The notes beneath the pieces are model-generated. The model was given only the letters and a program-made list of their open reading frames with translations, made no database searches and was not told the origin of the DNA. Of a DNA stretch of 64,000 nucleotides, positions 33,734 to 48,165 are shown one piece after another. Source of the DNA: Eledone cirrhosa (lineage: Eukaryota); contig OZ024740.1 of assembly GCA_964016885.1 (NCBI GenBank), positions 262,508,001-262,572,000 of the forward strand, in the 5' to 3' direction. Position numbers and translations under genes: made by a program. Numbering within the stretch: position 1 is the stretch's first letter; every line of letters starts with the position of its first letter.

Positions 33734-36700
33734 TGTCTGTTCGGACGTCTTTTTGGCTCGCTCCCAGTAAGTCCCTTTATTTGCCTGTTAAAATTATTTG
33801 TTGTTAAATATTTCTTGTTGTGTAAGGGATATAAGCCCTTAGACTTTGCCCTGTGAAGAGGAAAGTATAATATTTGGGCCTTTTGGCCCAAATATTTGAA
33901 CTTTTTTTTACATGTTAAAACATTTCCGGAGAAAAAAAGCATGGCTGAGCCACGGCCCCCAGCGATATGTCTGCTGTCGTGCGATAACGACGTAGAAGTT
34001 GAGAGGAGCGCTACAGCGAAATTAACACAAATTGATAACACAAACAACCCCACAAACAAAGTAAACAAAGTAAACAAAGTAAACAAAGACACCAATGATA
34101 CCAATGAGAACTCTAATTTTGAAAAAAATGACAGTAACAGCGACAACGAAAATACAGATAACAAAAGAAAAAACAAAAACAAATGCAACAACAATATCAA
34201 CACCACTAACATGGAAACAAATAGCGACAACACCAACAGCAACAATACCAACTGCACCGAGAACAACGTTGGCAACAAAAACAACAATGAAAACAGCGAC
34301 AGTGCTAACAACAAGACCAACAAGAACAATGACAACGACAACAACACCCCCAACGAAATCAAGAAGGACACATTCGCTGCGGCAGCAGCAAAAAAGAGGC
34401 CATGCTACAACATGGACCTCTCAAACAAAGATGAAAAGTTGGCACAAGCATAGAAGCTCATCAAGCAAGAGCAAACCTGGGCCAACTTAACTGTCCCGGT
34501 AGAAGCTATTGAGGCAGTGGAACACAGAACAGTGCATTATAGATACATCTCAGCACAAAGCAAAAGGGCAGCTATAATCCCACAAGAAGATGACAAAGTA
34601 GCGCTGAGGTGCATCAGAGAAGACACCGAATACATAGAGAGGGGCAGACAGTACTGCACCATTTCGGTGTTGTTCAAGTCAGAAGCCCTCGCTATGAAAC
34701 ATGCTATGACTCCTTGCAAAACCAGCAAGGTCATAATGTACCCCTCCCACATGGGAAAAAGAACGGCCCGTCTTCGCATTGCCAGAATCCCACCAGGACT
34801 TGACATGTGGTGACTTCTGGGATGTGTGATTGTGGAGGGGACGGATACCGTCCCTATAGAAGTGACCAGAACGACCAGAGAGGACTGATGCGGGGTTGAC
34901 CTGGAGATCCTTCTCCAGATCAGGTCCGAGAATATGAGGACAATCCCGGACCACATCCGCCTTCAGAATGGGACGATCATTCACATTATGACCGAAGGCA
35001 AAATGCCGCAGTGTTTTGTTTGTGGGGAAAAAACCCATTTGCGAGCCTTCTGCCCTCAACTGCTGAAAGGCTCCACTGCTGCCGACGCCGGGGCGAGGAC
35101 CACAACCAACACCAGCACCGGCAAAACCACCAACAACAACACCAATAGAATGACCACCACCAACATTGACCACCCAGGGAGGAAACGAGGAAAGCTGTCA
35201 AATTCCCCCTCCCCCCCCCAAAAAAAAATACACACACCAATAAAACCATAAACATACATACAGACACACTTACAGACACAGACCCCTCATCTACCAGTAG
35301 TGAAGATGAGGGAAAACCAAAATCCCCTAAAATCTGAAAAAAGGAAACACAAAAAAAAAAAAAACGCAACAAAGCACAAAATCACCCACAATAAAAACCG
35401 CAGACACCACCCACGCAAACATCTCTCCAATAACACCAACACGAACATCACCATCACCATCACCAGAATCCCCCAAACGAAAACAACCGAAACAGTCGCA
35501 AGAACAAATATACACACAAACATCTGAAACCTCAGACACCGCACTCACAACAAACACAGATACAACCGAAACAACACCACCGAAACCATCACCACCATAG
35601 CCACGCAAACAAATAAAATCACACCAACAAAACATACAAAACTTCGTGCTCGTCAGGAGGGCCAACAAGGAACTGATGGCCCTCGTAGCACGAAGTGAAA
35701 ATATACAAAAAGAGGGGGACATTTTTAAATCGTGCAGATTTCGCGTGCCGGAAGATTTGGTTCTGGTGCGAATGTCGCTCGAATTATACAAAGAAATACG
35801 AGACAGCTTTCCTCGGGACGTGGGAACCCCGAACGTAAAACCAACTTCAAGACTTTTAAAGGGGTTCCCAAAAGAAACCCCACCAACTATGGAGGTCGAA
35901 CAACCCGACCTTCACAAGAGCCCGGAAGGTAAGTAAACCTTTCCTCTCTCTCTCTTTTTAACCTGCCAACATGGCCGTATTAAGAGTAGGATTTTTAAAC
36001 CTCAGGTCTATAGAAATGGATGTAATTGCCGTCAGCGAGACCAGGATTTCCGACACGCTCGTACTAGCCCCCATTTTCGACGACTATCAGATCTTTGCAT
36101 CTGTTAGCCGGCCGGGAATGGGAGGCGGGGTGGCAGTGTTGTTTAGGAAAAGCCTGGATCTCGAGGTAAGGTCGATCTTCCGGACCCGGACGGGAAGTTG
36201 GTGGTCCTGGACATGAACAATAACGAAGGTGGTGCCTTTAGACTGGTGGCCGTCTATGCTCCTACTGGGGTAGGACGGCCAGACTTCTTTTGACGCCTGG
36301 AAGCCTTTCTGGGTACGTCTCGCCCTTTACTGTTAGCAGGGGACTGGAACGGCATCTTAGACGCACGCTGGGACTGTGTGGGAGTATCCGATAAGAGCGG
36401 GGGGTGCAAAAGCCTCAAGAACCTGATCAGCCAGTTCCAACTGTCTGACAGGTACCGATTAGATTTCCCTAATGCGCCAGTGTGGACCTGGGCTAACCGC
36501 ATAGGGTCATCTAGATCGTATATAGACAGGGTATTCATTAGGAAAATAGACAGAAATAGTGTAAGCTGTCCATGTTTTGAAACGGTCGCCTATTCAGATC
36601 ACAAGTTTGTAATCTGTGTGGTCGACCTAGATAAGACGCGTAGGTTAGGACTTGGTTACTGGAAGCTAAACATGTCATTTCCGGCACGTAAGGCTCACAG

Positions 36701-39469
36701 GGACCAGGTCAACAATTTAGTTTAGAAAAAGTTGACAGGGGGAGTCGTCAACAATAGATGGTGGGGGGCTCTCAAAAGAGAGATTAGAGTAATGTCGATA
36801 GAGTTTAGCAAAGAATTAGCGTTAGAGAAAAATAGAAAGGAGGGGGAGTTGGTAGATAAGTTAGACGAGGCTATTGGAAGTGGCATTGCAACTGACGTGC
36901 TAGCGGCGATAATGGCATTAGACCATTTCTTCAATGCGAAACACGAAGGTTGCATTGTCAGAGCTAAGGCGCGTGCTTTGAGAAACGAGGGAACCAAAGC
37001 TGTTGGATGGGCCTGCGTGGTAGAGGCGCAGCGTGGGAATAAAACCACGATTCGGTCTTTGACGGACCGAGACGAGCTGAGCGATTCCAAGCGGATGTGT
37101 GAGGCCTTTCGCCAAAATTTTGCTCGGTTGTTCGGGGGAAGTGGCGGGTCAGAGATGGTGGCGGACTTCAGTCCCTACCTCGATGGCTTGCCGCAACTCT
37201 CGACGGCTGACGCTGGGCGCTGCGAAAGGACAATTACTTCAGCCGAGATTCAGGATGCCCTTGTCGGCTGCATGAGGCGCAAGTCACCCGGTTTGGATGG
37301 TCTACCATACGAGCTTTACGTAAATATGCCAGACTTGTTCTCCAATCTCCTCGAAGCCCTTTACTGCAACTGGCAGCAAAACGGGAGTATTCCCGGTTCT
37401 GTGAGTCGGGGCGTAGTGACGCTGATAAGGAAAGACGAGAACAAGGACACATCATACAATTTCAGGCCCATAACTCTGCTCAACACAGAGTTTAAGATTT
37501 AAGATTTAAGATTTGGACCTGGGTGTAAGCGAAGACGTTGGCGGTTGTCGTCGGGGATTTGGTTGGGGAGGCGCAAACTTGCGCAATCCCAACCAGGTCC
37601 ATACACGACAACCTCCACCTAATGCGATACATCATAGAGAGGGTAGGGTGTAAACCTGGTTCGGTGGGGCTCTGATCAATTTAGATCAATCGAAAGCATT
37701 CGATAAGGTCGAGCATCGGTACCTGAAGGCTGTCCCCAAGGCGGCTGGCTTCGGCCCCGTCTTCAGAAGCTGGATCGCTGCAATGCACAGCGGCACCTGC
37801 TCGATGGTCAAAATTAATGGCCACCTCTCGGAACCGTTTCAGGACTCCCGATAGGTCCGTCAAGGGTGCCCTCTCTCCTCCCTTATGTACGTATTGACTC
37901 TCGGGCCTTTACTGCGGAAGCTGGAACTGTTGCAGGGCATCCCGCTCGAACCGGGACGTGGATGGCTGTGTCGGCTTATGCGGACGACATCACCGTGATG
38001 GTGTCGGACACCTCAAAAATCGAGGTTGTCGGCAACTTATTGGAGGAATATGAAAGGTTGACGGGAGCAAAACTTAACTCGGAAAAGTCGGTGGGCTTGC
38101 AACTCGGCACCTGGAGAGGCAAGTCCATGCCGTCCAACAGCGTCGTTAGGCGCTGGACGTACGGACCCGTAAAGTTGCTAAGGGTTTGGTTCGGGCCAGA
38201 CCTCCTGGTGGATAAGAATTGGGACGAGGTGACGGGCAGGGTAGCTAGTCTTACACAGAAATGGGCTGGAATGAAGCTATCACTGAAAGGTCGGGTGGAG
38301 GTGGCGAACGCGTACATCGCGTCCGTCATCTACTACCGTCTGACCGTCGTCCCTTGGCCCCGTTCGCGCCTCGCCATCTTGGAGCGGCTCCTCTTCAAAT
38401 TCTTGTTGAGGGGTCAGATTCCTCTGGTGAGGCGGCCCATCTGCTGCCAGCACCCTCTACGTGGAGGGCTGGGCATGCCGTAGTTAATGATGCGCAGTCA
38501 CGCACTGACGCTGCGCATCTCCAGATATTCTGCCTAAACGGTGAACAGGTGTGGTCGCCGTTTGTCAGACGGGCCATTCCGCAGCTCGTTTCTTTGACTG
38601 AGCTGCAGTCCTGAGTCAAGAAGAGACCGAGACTGGGTGACTGGCATCTGGAATGTTGCCAGGCACTCACTGTCCTCTACCAAGTGGGCTAGGCGGTCAG
38701 TGGAACTTCCACTCTCGAGTTCTATAGAGGATTAGTGGTGGGCAAGTGTGGCGACGCACTCGGAGAGGCTCTAGGATTCAACGAAGTCGAACTAACCAGT
38801 CTGTACCGGAGGACTTTCGAGCCGGGTACGATGGATAATTTCCAAAAATCACTCGCTTGGCAGTGCTACCGGGAGGAACTGCCGGTTCGAGATAAACTCT
38901 ACAGGCACGGAAGTGCTGTCAGACGAACCTGCCCGAGATGCGCGCAGAGCGACGAAACCGTTCTGCACGCTCTCGTCCAGTGTCCGTGCATTACTGACTT
39001 GTAGAGTTATGTTGAACAGCTGTTGTCGCGTGTATAACGGATCCGGCTATCGGCTGAGTCCATAGTGAAGATCGACCCGCCGCCTGAGGGTGGAGAGAGA
39101 AGTGCTGCCCCCCAGTACATTTGCTGAAAGGTGGGTGAATGTGGCGGGAATGGCCCGTGTGAGTGGGCCTACTCTGGTCATGGGGCTGTAGGTAGGTAAA
39201 TTTGAGGAGGAGAGGGGTGCCCTTCCAGGGTGCTCTCGAAGAGTCGGGTCGTTCAGGACTGGTGGGGTACCTGAGCGAACCCTAGGTGGTCATCTCCCCT
39301 ATTAGGGAATTTTTTCTTGTAATTTTCTTGTTACTTTATTGCTACTTTGTTATGGTTACTTTGTTATTGTTATTCATATTGTTTACTCGATTTTTCTGTA
39401 AAACCCCATTGTCCAAGGCTTTTGTATTGTCCCCTATATCTCGGCCCTTGTGGCCAATAAATAAAATCT

Positions 39470-39504
<35 letters not shown>

Positions 39505-39505
39505 G
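33734..39505 (+). mobile_element. Tx1/L1-like element B, near full-length, degenerate
   Basis: ORF1 from ATG 33941: Asn-rich N-terminus, knuckle CFVCGEKTHLRAFC. ORF2 from 35971: APE endonuclease motifs SET, GDWN, IDRV, SDH; RT motifs KSPGLDG, RPITLLN, AYADD; zf-RVT. Many stops. (ATT)n on both sides. Confidence 0.92.
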
Positions 39506-40668
39506 TTCTTTGAGTCTCAGTCATTGATGTTAGTTAACTGGAAAGTTTGTTGAAATGAATATCAAGCCACTACCTGCAGCCTCAGATATTCAGGACGTAT
39601 CGGAGGGTTCTTGCTGTTCCCAGAAAGCACACCTTTTGAAGTGTTCCAAAAAGCGGGGTGGGGCCAGTTTTCTTTAACCATCCTTGGAAACCTTTTGAGA
39701 TAGTACCTAGTGCGCCCATGACAATCGGGACCACTTTGATTTCATGGCAGTTCCAAATCCTTTTTACCTCCCACTTTAAGTCCTGGTATCGGTTAATGTT
39801 CTCCCTCTCCTGCTCTTGCACTATCGTGTCGAATGGGCAGGAAACATCCACAATCAGGCACGATCTTTTTTCCTTGTCCAAAACCACTAGGTCAGGTCTA
39901 TTGTGTTCCAGTTTCTTGTCCGTCTGTATCCTAAAATCCCACAGCACCTTCACCTGATTGTTTTCTATCACCGACTCTGGCTTATGCTCATACCACTTCA
40001 CAGAATGGGGTAAATTGTTTACTTTGCATAGGTGCCAGTGGATCACCCTGCCCATCACATCAGGTCTCCAGCCTATATAGTGAGTCTGAGCTAGGAGTTT
40101 ACACTCGGATACAATGTGAGACACAGTCTCCTCTCTCCACAGATCCTGCACAGTGGACTAGCCTCCTCCTTGTAAATATGGTGTTTCAGCCACTTCGTTT
40201 TGAGGGCCTGCTCTTGCGCAGCCATTAGCGTTCCTTTTGTAGCCTTTTTAAGATCTCCTCTTTTCAACCAGTTCCATGTCTGTGGATCTCTGAATTCAGT
40301 TTTCTCAAAGAAGATACTATGAAGGGATTTTTCATGAAGGCTGCTCTTTCTGCTTGCTGTTATTTCCTCCTTGGACAATCCCTGGTCTATTGTCCTCTCC
40401 TTCAGTACAATTCCGAGCATTGGCTCCTTACTATCAGTCACGTATTTCTGTAGGTTGTTTTTCTCCATCTGAACACAGTCCTCTATGGTGATAAGATCTC
40501 TTCCACCTTCAGATCTCCTTAAGTAGAATCTATCGACATCACTCCTCTTGTGGAACATGTTGTAGATGGACGGTAACAAGTTGTTTGTGTGGAGGTGATG
40601 GTAGATTTCCTCAGACACAATGCTTGTCAACAGTTTCCACATTACGGATAGTCATGTGATAGGTCTAT
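39506..40668 (-). mobile_element. Dong/R4-clade non-LTR element, 5'-truncated with an internal RT deletion
   Basis: RPIT*LSVMWKLLT..NNLLP joined directly to SDVDRFYLRRSEGGR. Then AAQEQ, CRIC..ETVSHIVSEC, WDFRIQTD..HNRPDLVV..IVDVSCPFD..YQDL, VVPIVMGALG. (TAA)n flanks. Confidence 0.9.
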
Positions 40669-40692
40669 TATATTATTATTATTATTATTATT

Positions 40693-43600
40693 GAATGCTA
40701 TGGTTGACGGAGGCTCGGCTCTGTAAGGTATTGTAAATTTTGACCGCTATAACAATTGTAAATTGTTTAAAACTTTAACCAAATTGTAGACAAAAACACC
40801 CCCTCCTCGTGAGAGGGGTCTTTCTGCCCGTTATTTGGCCCTTCGTTGTTAAATAACCGCTTATTAGGGTTTGTGCCCAATATTTATTTTAAACAAAAAA
40901 AACATGGCTACGAAAAAAGAATTTTCATAGGTCACTCCCACTCATTCCATCTTCTTCTTCCTCAATAGTCACTACAGCAGAGAGAAGATTCTCTCTCTCC
41001 CTCCCTTCTCTTTCACAAGCGACGCCAGCAAAGAAAAATCACGTGCAAAGCGTGCAAAATTTCTCCACGACGACGACGACAACGACGAAAAAAGTGTGCG
41101 GGAAATACGAAAACCCATTTCTTTCGTCTGACGTCATGAATAATAGCAGTAGCAGCCGTAATAACAGCAGCAGCAGCAACTGTGACAAAGAAAACAACAG
41201 CAGCAGCCGCAACAGCATCAGCAGCAGCATAAACAACAAGAGCATTAGCAGAAACAGCAACAACAACAGCAGCATAAACAACAACAACAACAACCACAGC
41301 AACAGCGGCGGCGGCAGTAGTCGTAGTACCTGCAGCAATAACAAAAGTACAGCAGCTCTGACGACAACAACAATAACAACAACAGCAGCAAAGAAAAACC
41401 AATCTCGTTTGCAGGTATCGCAAAGAACCTGGAAACCATCCTCATAACAAATGAGGAATTAGAGGATGCGAAGAAGATGGTGACGAAAACCGGACACCGA
41501 GCAATCTGCAAGGCAGCCGAAACATTTTTCGAAATCCAACAGCACTGTACGATCACGTACCGTAGAGTAAACACAAAATCCCGTAGGGTTGAAAGAGCCA
41601 CAGAGGCTCAAATACACAAAGCCTTAGGGTATGTGTGGCAGCGGAAAACGCACATCACGAGAGGCAAGAAATATTCCACCGTAGACGTGCTTTTTGCCAC
41701 ACCCCAGGAGGCAAAGGCACAATCCTTAGTGACCCTAAGGAACGAGGAAATGGTGTTGGTGCCCTCCTACTGCGGGCAAACAATTGTGAGGGTAAAACTG
41801 ACGCACGTCCCCCCCCCCCCCCCGGGACGGCCCCTTCTTGCCTGGCCGCGTCTGTCCTCGTCAGAATCGAGGACAAAACAACTGTACTGCAAGTACAGAA
41901 AAAAGTAAGAGAAGATTGGGTCGGCACCTCCATTGAGATGTTAATCCAAACCAACCAGGAGTGCATCGAAGCTATCCCGGATGTGATAGACTTCGATAAC
42001 GGCACTCAACTGCCCATAAGTGTTGAGGGCAAACGCCTGAAATGCTTTCGCTGTGGATCGAAGACTCACCTCAGGGCCTTCTGCAACGAAAAGACCCTGA
42101 GGAAGGAGAAAACCCCCCTCCTTCCGAAACCGGCTCCACGGCTACCAGCAACAGGACAAGCGGCATCCAGGAACGATAGGTCCGTGGCACCCATACCCAC
42201 GCCACGGAAATTAAGAACAGCAGCAGCAGTGGAAGTATTAACCACAACAACAGTAATACCAAATGCAGCTGCAACAGAGACTCCACTGCAAACATCACCA
42301 ACAACAACAAGTGAAAGAGTGGAGCTGTTACCCCTCCCTGACCTCACAGAATCAGACATGGAGTGTGAGGTGAGAGAGGGATGGCAAAATGTCGTAAGAA
42401 GGCACAAACGCAGGAGCAGCGCATCGTCGCCTTCGAAAAGGGAGGAAAGAAAGGAAAAAATGGTAAAGGCTAGTGCAAAGAGACTCACAGCAGCAACACC
42501 ACCAACACCATCACCACCCACACTAGCACCACCATCACCACCGGCGACAACTCCAGCGCCAACAACAACAACACCTTCAGCACCACCACCACAAGCACCA
42601 ACATCGCAAACACAACAACAAAACACACACACCCAGCAACAACGACAAGAAAATAGCAGAACCCCACCCCACCCCCAGAAAAAAACAAATGCACGGCAAT
42701 AAATACACACAACAAGAAACTAATGACTTACATAATTGAACACACAGACATTTCACAGCACGACTACATAATACCAGCACCAATCAAAACGCGAACGAAC
42801 ATAAGACTGCTAAAAAGAGCACAGAAACAATACACAAACATTAAAACGAAATTCCCCAACGCGGTTGGTGATTTCAGAGACCTAGGAGGGACTCTCAATC
42901 GGAGAGTATATTCGGACATACTCATAGAGAGCCGACGACCAGCCGAAGGGACGATTCAACGGTCCCTTCACCAGACGATCAAGTGAAAAGGGATGGAGAA
43001 ACCATCCTTCCTCTGGCCGTCTATGCCCCGACAGGAGCAGGGCGGCCTGATTTCTTCCGGCGTAGGTAGACCTTTCTTGGAACGTCCGCTCTTTAGTGTT
43101 AGTGGGCGACTGGAACGGGATCTTAGATGCACGCTGGGACTGTGTGGGATTAGCGGATAGGGGTGGAGGGTGCAAGAGCCTCACCAACCTGCTCAGGCGT
43201 TTTGAACTGTCTGACAGGTACCGATTGGATTTCCCGAATGTACCAATGTGGACTTGGACAAATCGCATAGGGTCATCCACATCATATCTAGATAGAGTAT
43301 TTTGTAGGGAAATAGATATGTCTAGCATAGGCTGTCCACAATTCAAGATAGTCAGCTACACGGACCACAAATTCGTGATCTCTGTACTTGACTTAGATAG
43401 GCTTCATAGACGAGGACCCGGCTACTGGAAGCTAAACGCGTCCTTACCAGCGCGCAAGGCCTACAGAGACCGGATTAGCGAACTAGTTAAGCGGGCGTTG
43501 ACGGGGGCCATCGTCAACAACAAGTGGTGGTTTGCTCTGAAAAGAGCGATTAGAATAGAATCCATTAGGTTTAGTAAGGCTTTAGCAATAGAGAAAAATA

Positions 43601-46372
43601 CAGCAGAGGGAGAACTAGTTAGAAAATTAGACGAGGCGCTTAGCAAAGGCATCGCGACCGACGTGCTTGCGGCGAAATTGGCCCTTGACCAATTCTTCAA
43701 TGCAAAGCACGAAGGCTGCGTTGTTAGAGCTAGGGTGCGTGCTCTCAGACACGAAGGGACGAAAGCCGTTCAATGGGCCCGAGTGGCGGAGGCGCGTCGT
43801 GGGAACAAAACCACTATTCGGTCTTTGGTGGACCACGACGGGCAAATATGGGAAGCTTTTCAGCGACACTTCGCTCAGCTGTTCGGGGGCAGCGGTGTGC
43901 CGGGTCGAGGGATGGACTTTAGTGTCTACATCGACGGACTGCCACGGCTCTCGGCCACTGAGTCGGAGTGTTGCGAAAAGCCGATAACAGGCGCTGAAGT
44001 ACGGGAGGCAATGACTGGCTGCACAAGGGGTAAATCGCCTGCTTTGGATGGTCTGCCTTATGAACTTTACGTACCGATGCCAGACTTGTTCGGAGGCCTC
44101 TTGGTGGACGTCTACTGCAACTGGCAACAGAACGGGAGAATTCCCAGCTCTGTGAGCCTAGGCGCGGTGGCGCTGCTGAAAAATGATCCGAACAAGGTGG
44201 ATAACATAGATAATTTCAGGCCCATAACTCTGCTAAACACAGAGTTCAAGATTTTGGCCAAGGTGCTAGCAAAGAGGTTGGCGCTCGTCGTTGGTGGTCT
44301 GGTGGGAGAGGCGCAGACATGCGCCATTCCCGACAGATCCAACCACGACAATCTCCACCTCAAGCGATACATCGTAGAGAGGGTAGCTAGGGAACCTGGC
44401 AAGGGTGGGTCTTTGATCAATTTAGATCAGTCGAAAGCTTTCGATAGGGTCGACCATCGTTACCTAGCGGCAGTCCTGAGGGCGGCTGGCCTTGGGCCCG
44501 TCTTCAGAGACTGGATCGCTGCCATGCACAGCGACATCTGCTCTGTGGTGAGAGTGAACGGTCACCTTTCGGAACCGTTCAACATCATGCGCTCGGTCCG
44601 CCAAGGATGTGCTCTCTCGTCCCTCTTGTACGTATTGACTCTCGAGCCATTACTGCACAAACTGGAGACGTTGAGGGGTGTCCCGCCGAACTAGGATGTG
44701 CAAGATCTGTGTCAGCATATGCGGACGATGTCACGGTAGTGGTGTCGAACGCCAAACACACCGAGGCGATCGACACTACACTAAGAGAATACGAAGCGGT
44801 GACAGGAGCAATGATCAACCAGGAAAGGTCAGTGGGCCTGCAGCTCGGCACATGGAGAGGCAAGTCCATGCCGTCCAACAGCGTCGTCGGACGCTGGATG
44901 GACGGACCGGTTACATATTAGGGGTCTGGTTCGGTCCGGACCTCCAGACGGACAAAAACTGGGACGAGGTGACGAGCAGGGTGGCTTCTCTCACCCAGAA
45001 ATGGGCGGAGAGGAAGCTATCCCTGAAAGGTCGAGGGGAGGTGGCTAACGCGTACATCGCGTCTGTCATCTGCTACCATCTGACCGTCGTACCTTGTCCT
45101 AAGTCTCGCCTGACTGCGCAGGAGCGTTTGCTCTTTCGCTTTTTGTGGAAGAGACGCGCTCCGATGGTCAGGCGGTCCATCTGTTGTCATCACCCGCTAC
45201 GTGGAGGGCTGGGCATGCCGTGGCTGATGATGCGCAGGCACGCGCTCAGGCTACGAAATCTCCACCTCTTCCTCGACGGTGATTAGGTGTGGTCGCCGTC
45301 TGCTAGATACGTATTTCCCCAGCTTGTTTCCTAGACGGAGCTGCAGTCCTGGGTCAAACGAAGACCGAGAGGGAGCGTCTGGAGACTAGAATGTCTTCAG
45401 GCGCTCACAGCCCTCGACTAATCGGGCAATGTGATCGGTGGAAACTCCACCTCGGCGTTCTATAGAGGATTAGTGGAGGGGAAGAGCGACGACGTACTTG
45501 GGGAAACTCTAGGCGTCGACGAAAATCAACTAGCCAATCTCTTCGGAAGAACTTTCGGGCCGGGGCCTATGGACAACTTCCAGAAATCTCTGGCCTGGCA
45601 GTGCTACCGAGGAGCCTGGTCAGTTCGGGATAAACTCTACAGGCATGGAGGTGCCGTCAGCCGGGCATGTCCGAGATGCGCGCAGGGCGACGAAACCGTC
45701 CTGCACGCACTCGTCCAGTGTCCGAAAATTGGTGACTTGTGGGTTTATGTCGAACACCTGTTGTCGCGTGTAGGACGGATCCGGCTATCATCTGAGTCCA
45801 TCGTGAGGATTGCCCCACCCTCCCCCTTTAGCCGGGAAGAGCAGGCAGTTTTTATCTGTCTGGTGGCCATGGCGAAAGAGATAGTATGGCGGACACGTTT
45901 GAAAGGGCTGAAGACGAGCACTTACCTCTTCGGTGATGCCCCTATTGACTTTTTCAAATTTCATTTGAAAAGGAAAATCAGAATAGAGAGGGAAGTGCTC
46001 TCTTCCCAGCATTTTGTTGAAAGATGGGTGAGAGAAGCAAGAATGGCCCGAGTGAATGGGCCTACTCTGAGTATATATCTGTAAATTAAAGGTGGAAAAC
46101 TGGGAGAGGGCACTTGCCTTGGTGGTCAGGGTCACTGTGGCCTTTTACTGGGCTTTCTCCACAAATGTCCCTCCGAAGTCTCCCCCCTATTGGGGAATTT
46201 TTCATTGTTATTTTTTGTTACATCCGCTGTTTTTGTTTCTTACACGCAGAAATGCCCATTTGTACCGTCCTGTATTTTCCAGTACTGTACTTAATGTCTA
46301 CTTTATGTAAACTCTTGTGGTTAATAAAGAAATCATTATATTATTATTATTATTATTATTATTATTTTTATT
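40693..46372 (+). mobile_element. Tx1/L1-like element C, near full-length, degenerate
   Basis: ORF1 about 40904-42986: N/S-rich, CFRCGSKTHLRAFC, Pro/Thr-rich tail. ORF2 pieces 43096..44694, 44607..45286 and 45431..46084 carry GDWN, TDH, DQSKAFDRV, RQGCALS, AYADD and zf-RVT. (ATT)n tail. Confidence 0.93.
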
Positions 46373-47259
46373 ATTTCGTGTTTTGGCATACAAACATAAA
46401 TAAGAGTAAAGTTATCGACAATTTGCTTGAGGCTAGGTTGTCATTTATATCACAACGAAACCTTATTGAATTTCTATGTCTGCTGTTATAGTACAAAATA
46501 TCACTTCATGAATAGTTCACTTTATCAATAAAGAAAGATTTATAATTCGTAGATAAATAAAATAACATTTGATTCTATTTCTAGACCAACTACCAATGTC
46601 TAGGTTCATCAAGTAACTATAATATATTCGAATTGGCGATTACTGTCATTGTTGCTGTTTAGCCCAAGGTTAATAAATGATTCAGCTCCCTTATGATCAA
46701 ACCATTCTCGCCGATACCATATCACTTTTTTCAGGCATCGCTTAAATTAAACGATGTTATCCAATGTTTTTTTTCAGTTTTGCGATTTTCGTAGGGATTT
46801 TACCATTTCTAGCATGCCAAACTGCCGCATAAAGGATACATGTTTGGCCATTTTATAACCATCAAAAGAATGACGTATGTGCCCGGTGAATTAAGCGGCG
46901 GGTCAATTGTAACGTTTAAAAGTCTCATTTATAATATTTCGACTGTAAAAATAAAACTTAAAAGAGTTTCGCAAACACGTGGCATCTTCATCAAGTGCCT
47001 TTTAGTATAACCTCGGGTCGACCAATGTCGTATGATTGAATTTTGGTACATGAGGACTACAGAAGCTCGTTGTGTATAAATATATATGATTCTGTTTTTA
47101 CGTTTGTATATATCCCATAAAATACAGGTTCGCCAACAAAGACAACGATAAAATAAGCACCATACACTCTTTAATGCCCCAGTATCGCAACAGTCATTTG
47201 AAGGTGACTAGTATCAGAATAAAAACAATAAAAATATGCAACAATATTATTGATACTAG

Positions 47260-47482
47260 TAGGGCGATGAATTGGCAGCATCGGTGTAGGGTCGGATGCC
47301 ATGCTTTGCAATATAGAGTTACGGCCCTTTATGATCTGAGTTCAAATCCCACCGAGGTTAACTTTGCCTTTCATCCTTATGGGGTCGATAGAATAAAGTA
47401 CCAGTAACGCACTGGGGTCGATTTAATCAACTTCCCCCTACCCCTGTATTGCCTTGTGTCTATATAAGAAACCAATATTATT
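47260..47482 (+). mobile_element. SINE with TSD atattattgatacta
   Basis: A/B boxes plus conserved core. TSD at about 47244 and 47474. Confidence 0.88.
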
Positions 47483-48165
47483 GATACTAATCATTGCAGA
47501 ATTCGTTGTTTTTCTCTTACACTATGAGATATCAACGTGAGCGAGTTGAGGAAATATCACAAACAAGATAATTAACTCAGACTGTAGCACTATTACATGC
47601 GAATCTAAGAACATGAAACAACAGATGAAATAGAAAGATAGAGAGTGAGAAGAAGAAGGTACGGAAAAAGGTTTTGGAGAAAATGCGCGCGTGGTGAGTC
47701 AGCTATTCGTGGTTCAGACGAAAATAACGAGGTTTATTTCAGTCAATAATTCTTAATCTTTAGTTTTCAAGACTGCTTTCAGTTTCTTCTTGCTCATTCT
47801 TTGTTTACTTAACGTTATGTTTAGTCGTTTTACCTTGATCTTTTATTCTATCTGTCCTTGTAACAGTAGTTAGAGGTCTTGTTGATATAGAATGTCTATT
47901 CTGATCTAGCGAGTAAAACGTCCGTACTATATGAACCCGAATTGCTACTTAACTATACAACAATGTTATTGGTTTTTAACATACTCACTAAAACAACTAA
48001 AAATATTTGTGAGAACAGTAGATTAAATCAGCTTCAAGAATACAGGTGTTTTTTATCGACACCTGAAGAAAGAAAAGACATAATTGACTTCAGTGGAATC
48101 TCAAATATTATAGTAAAAGGACATAATTAAAAGACACAAGTTATTTGTGCTTCTGCGATCTACCG

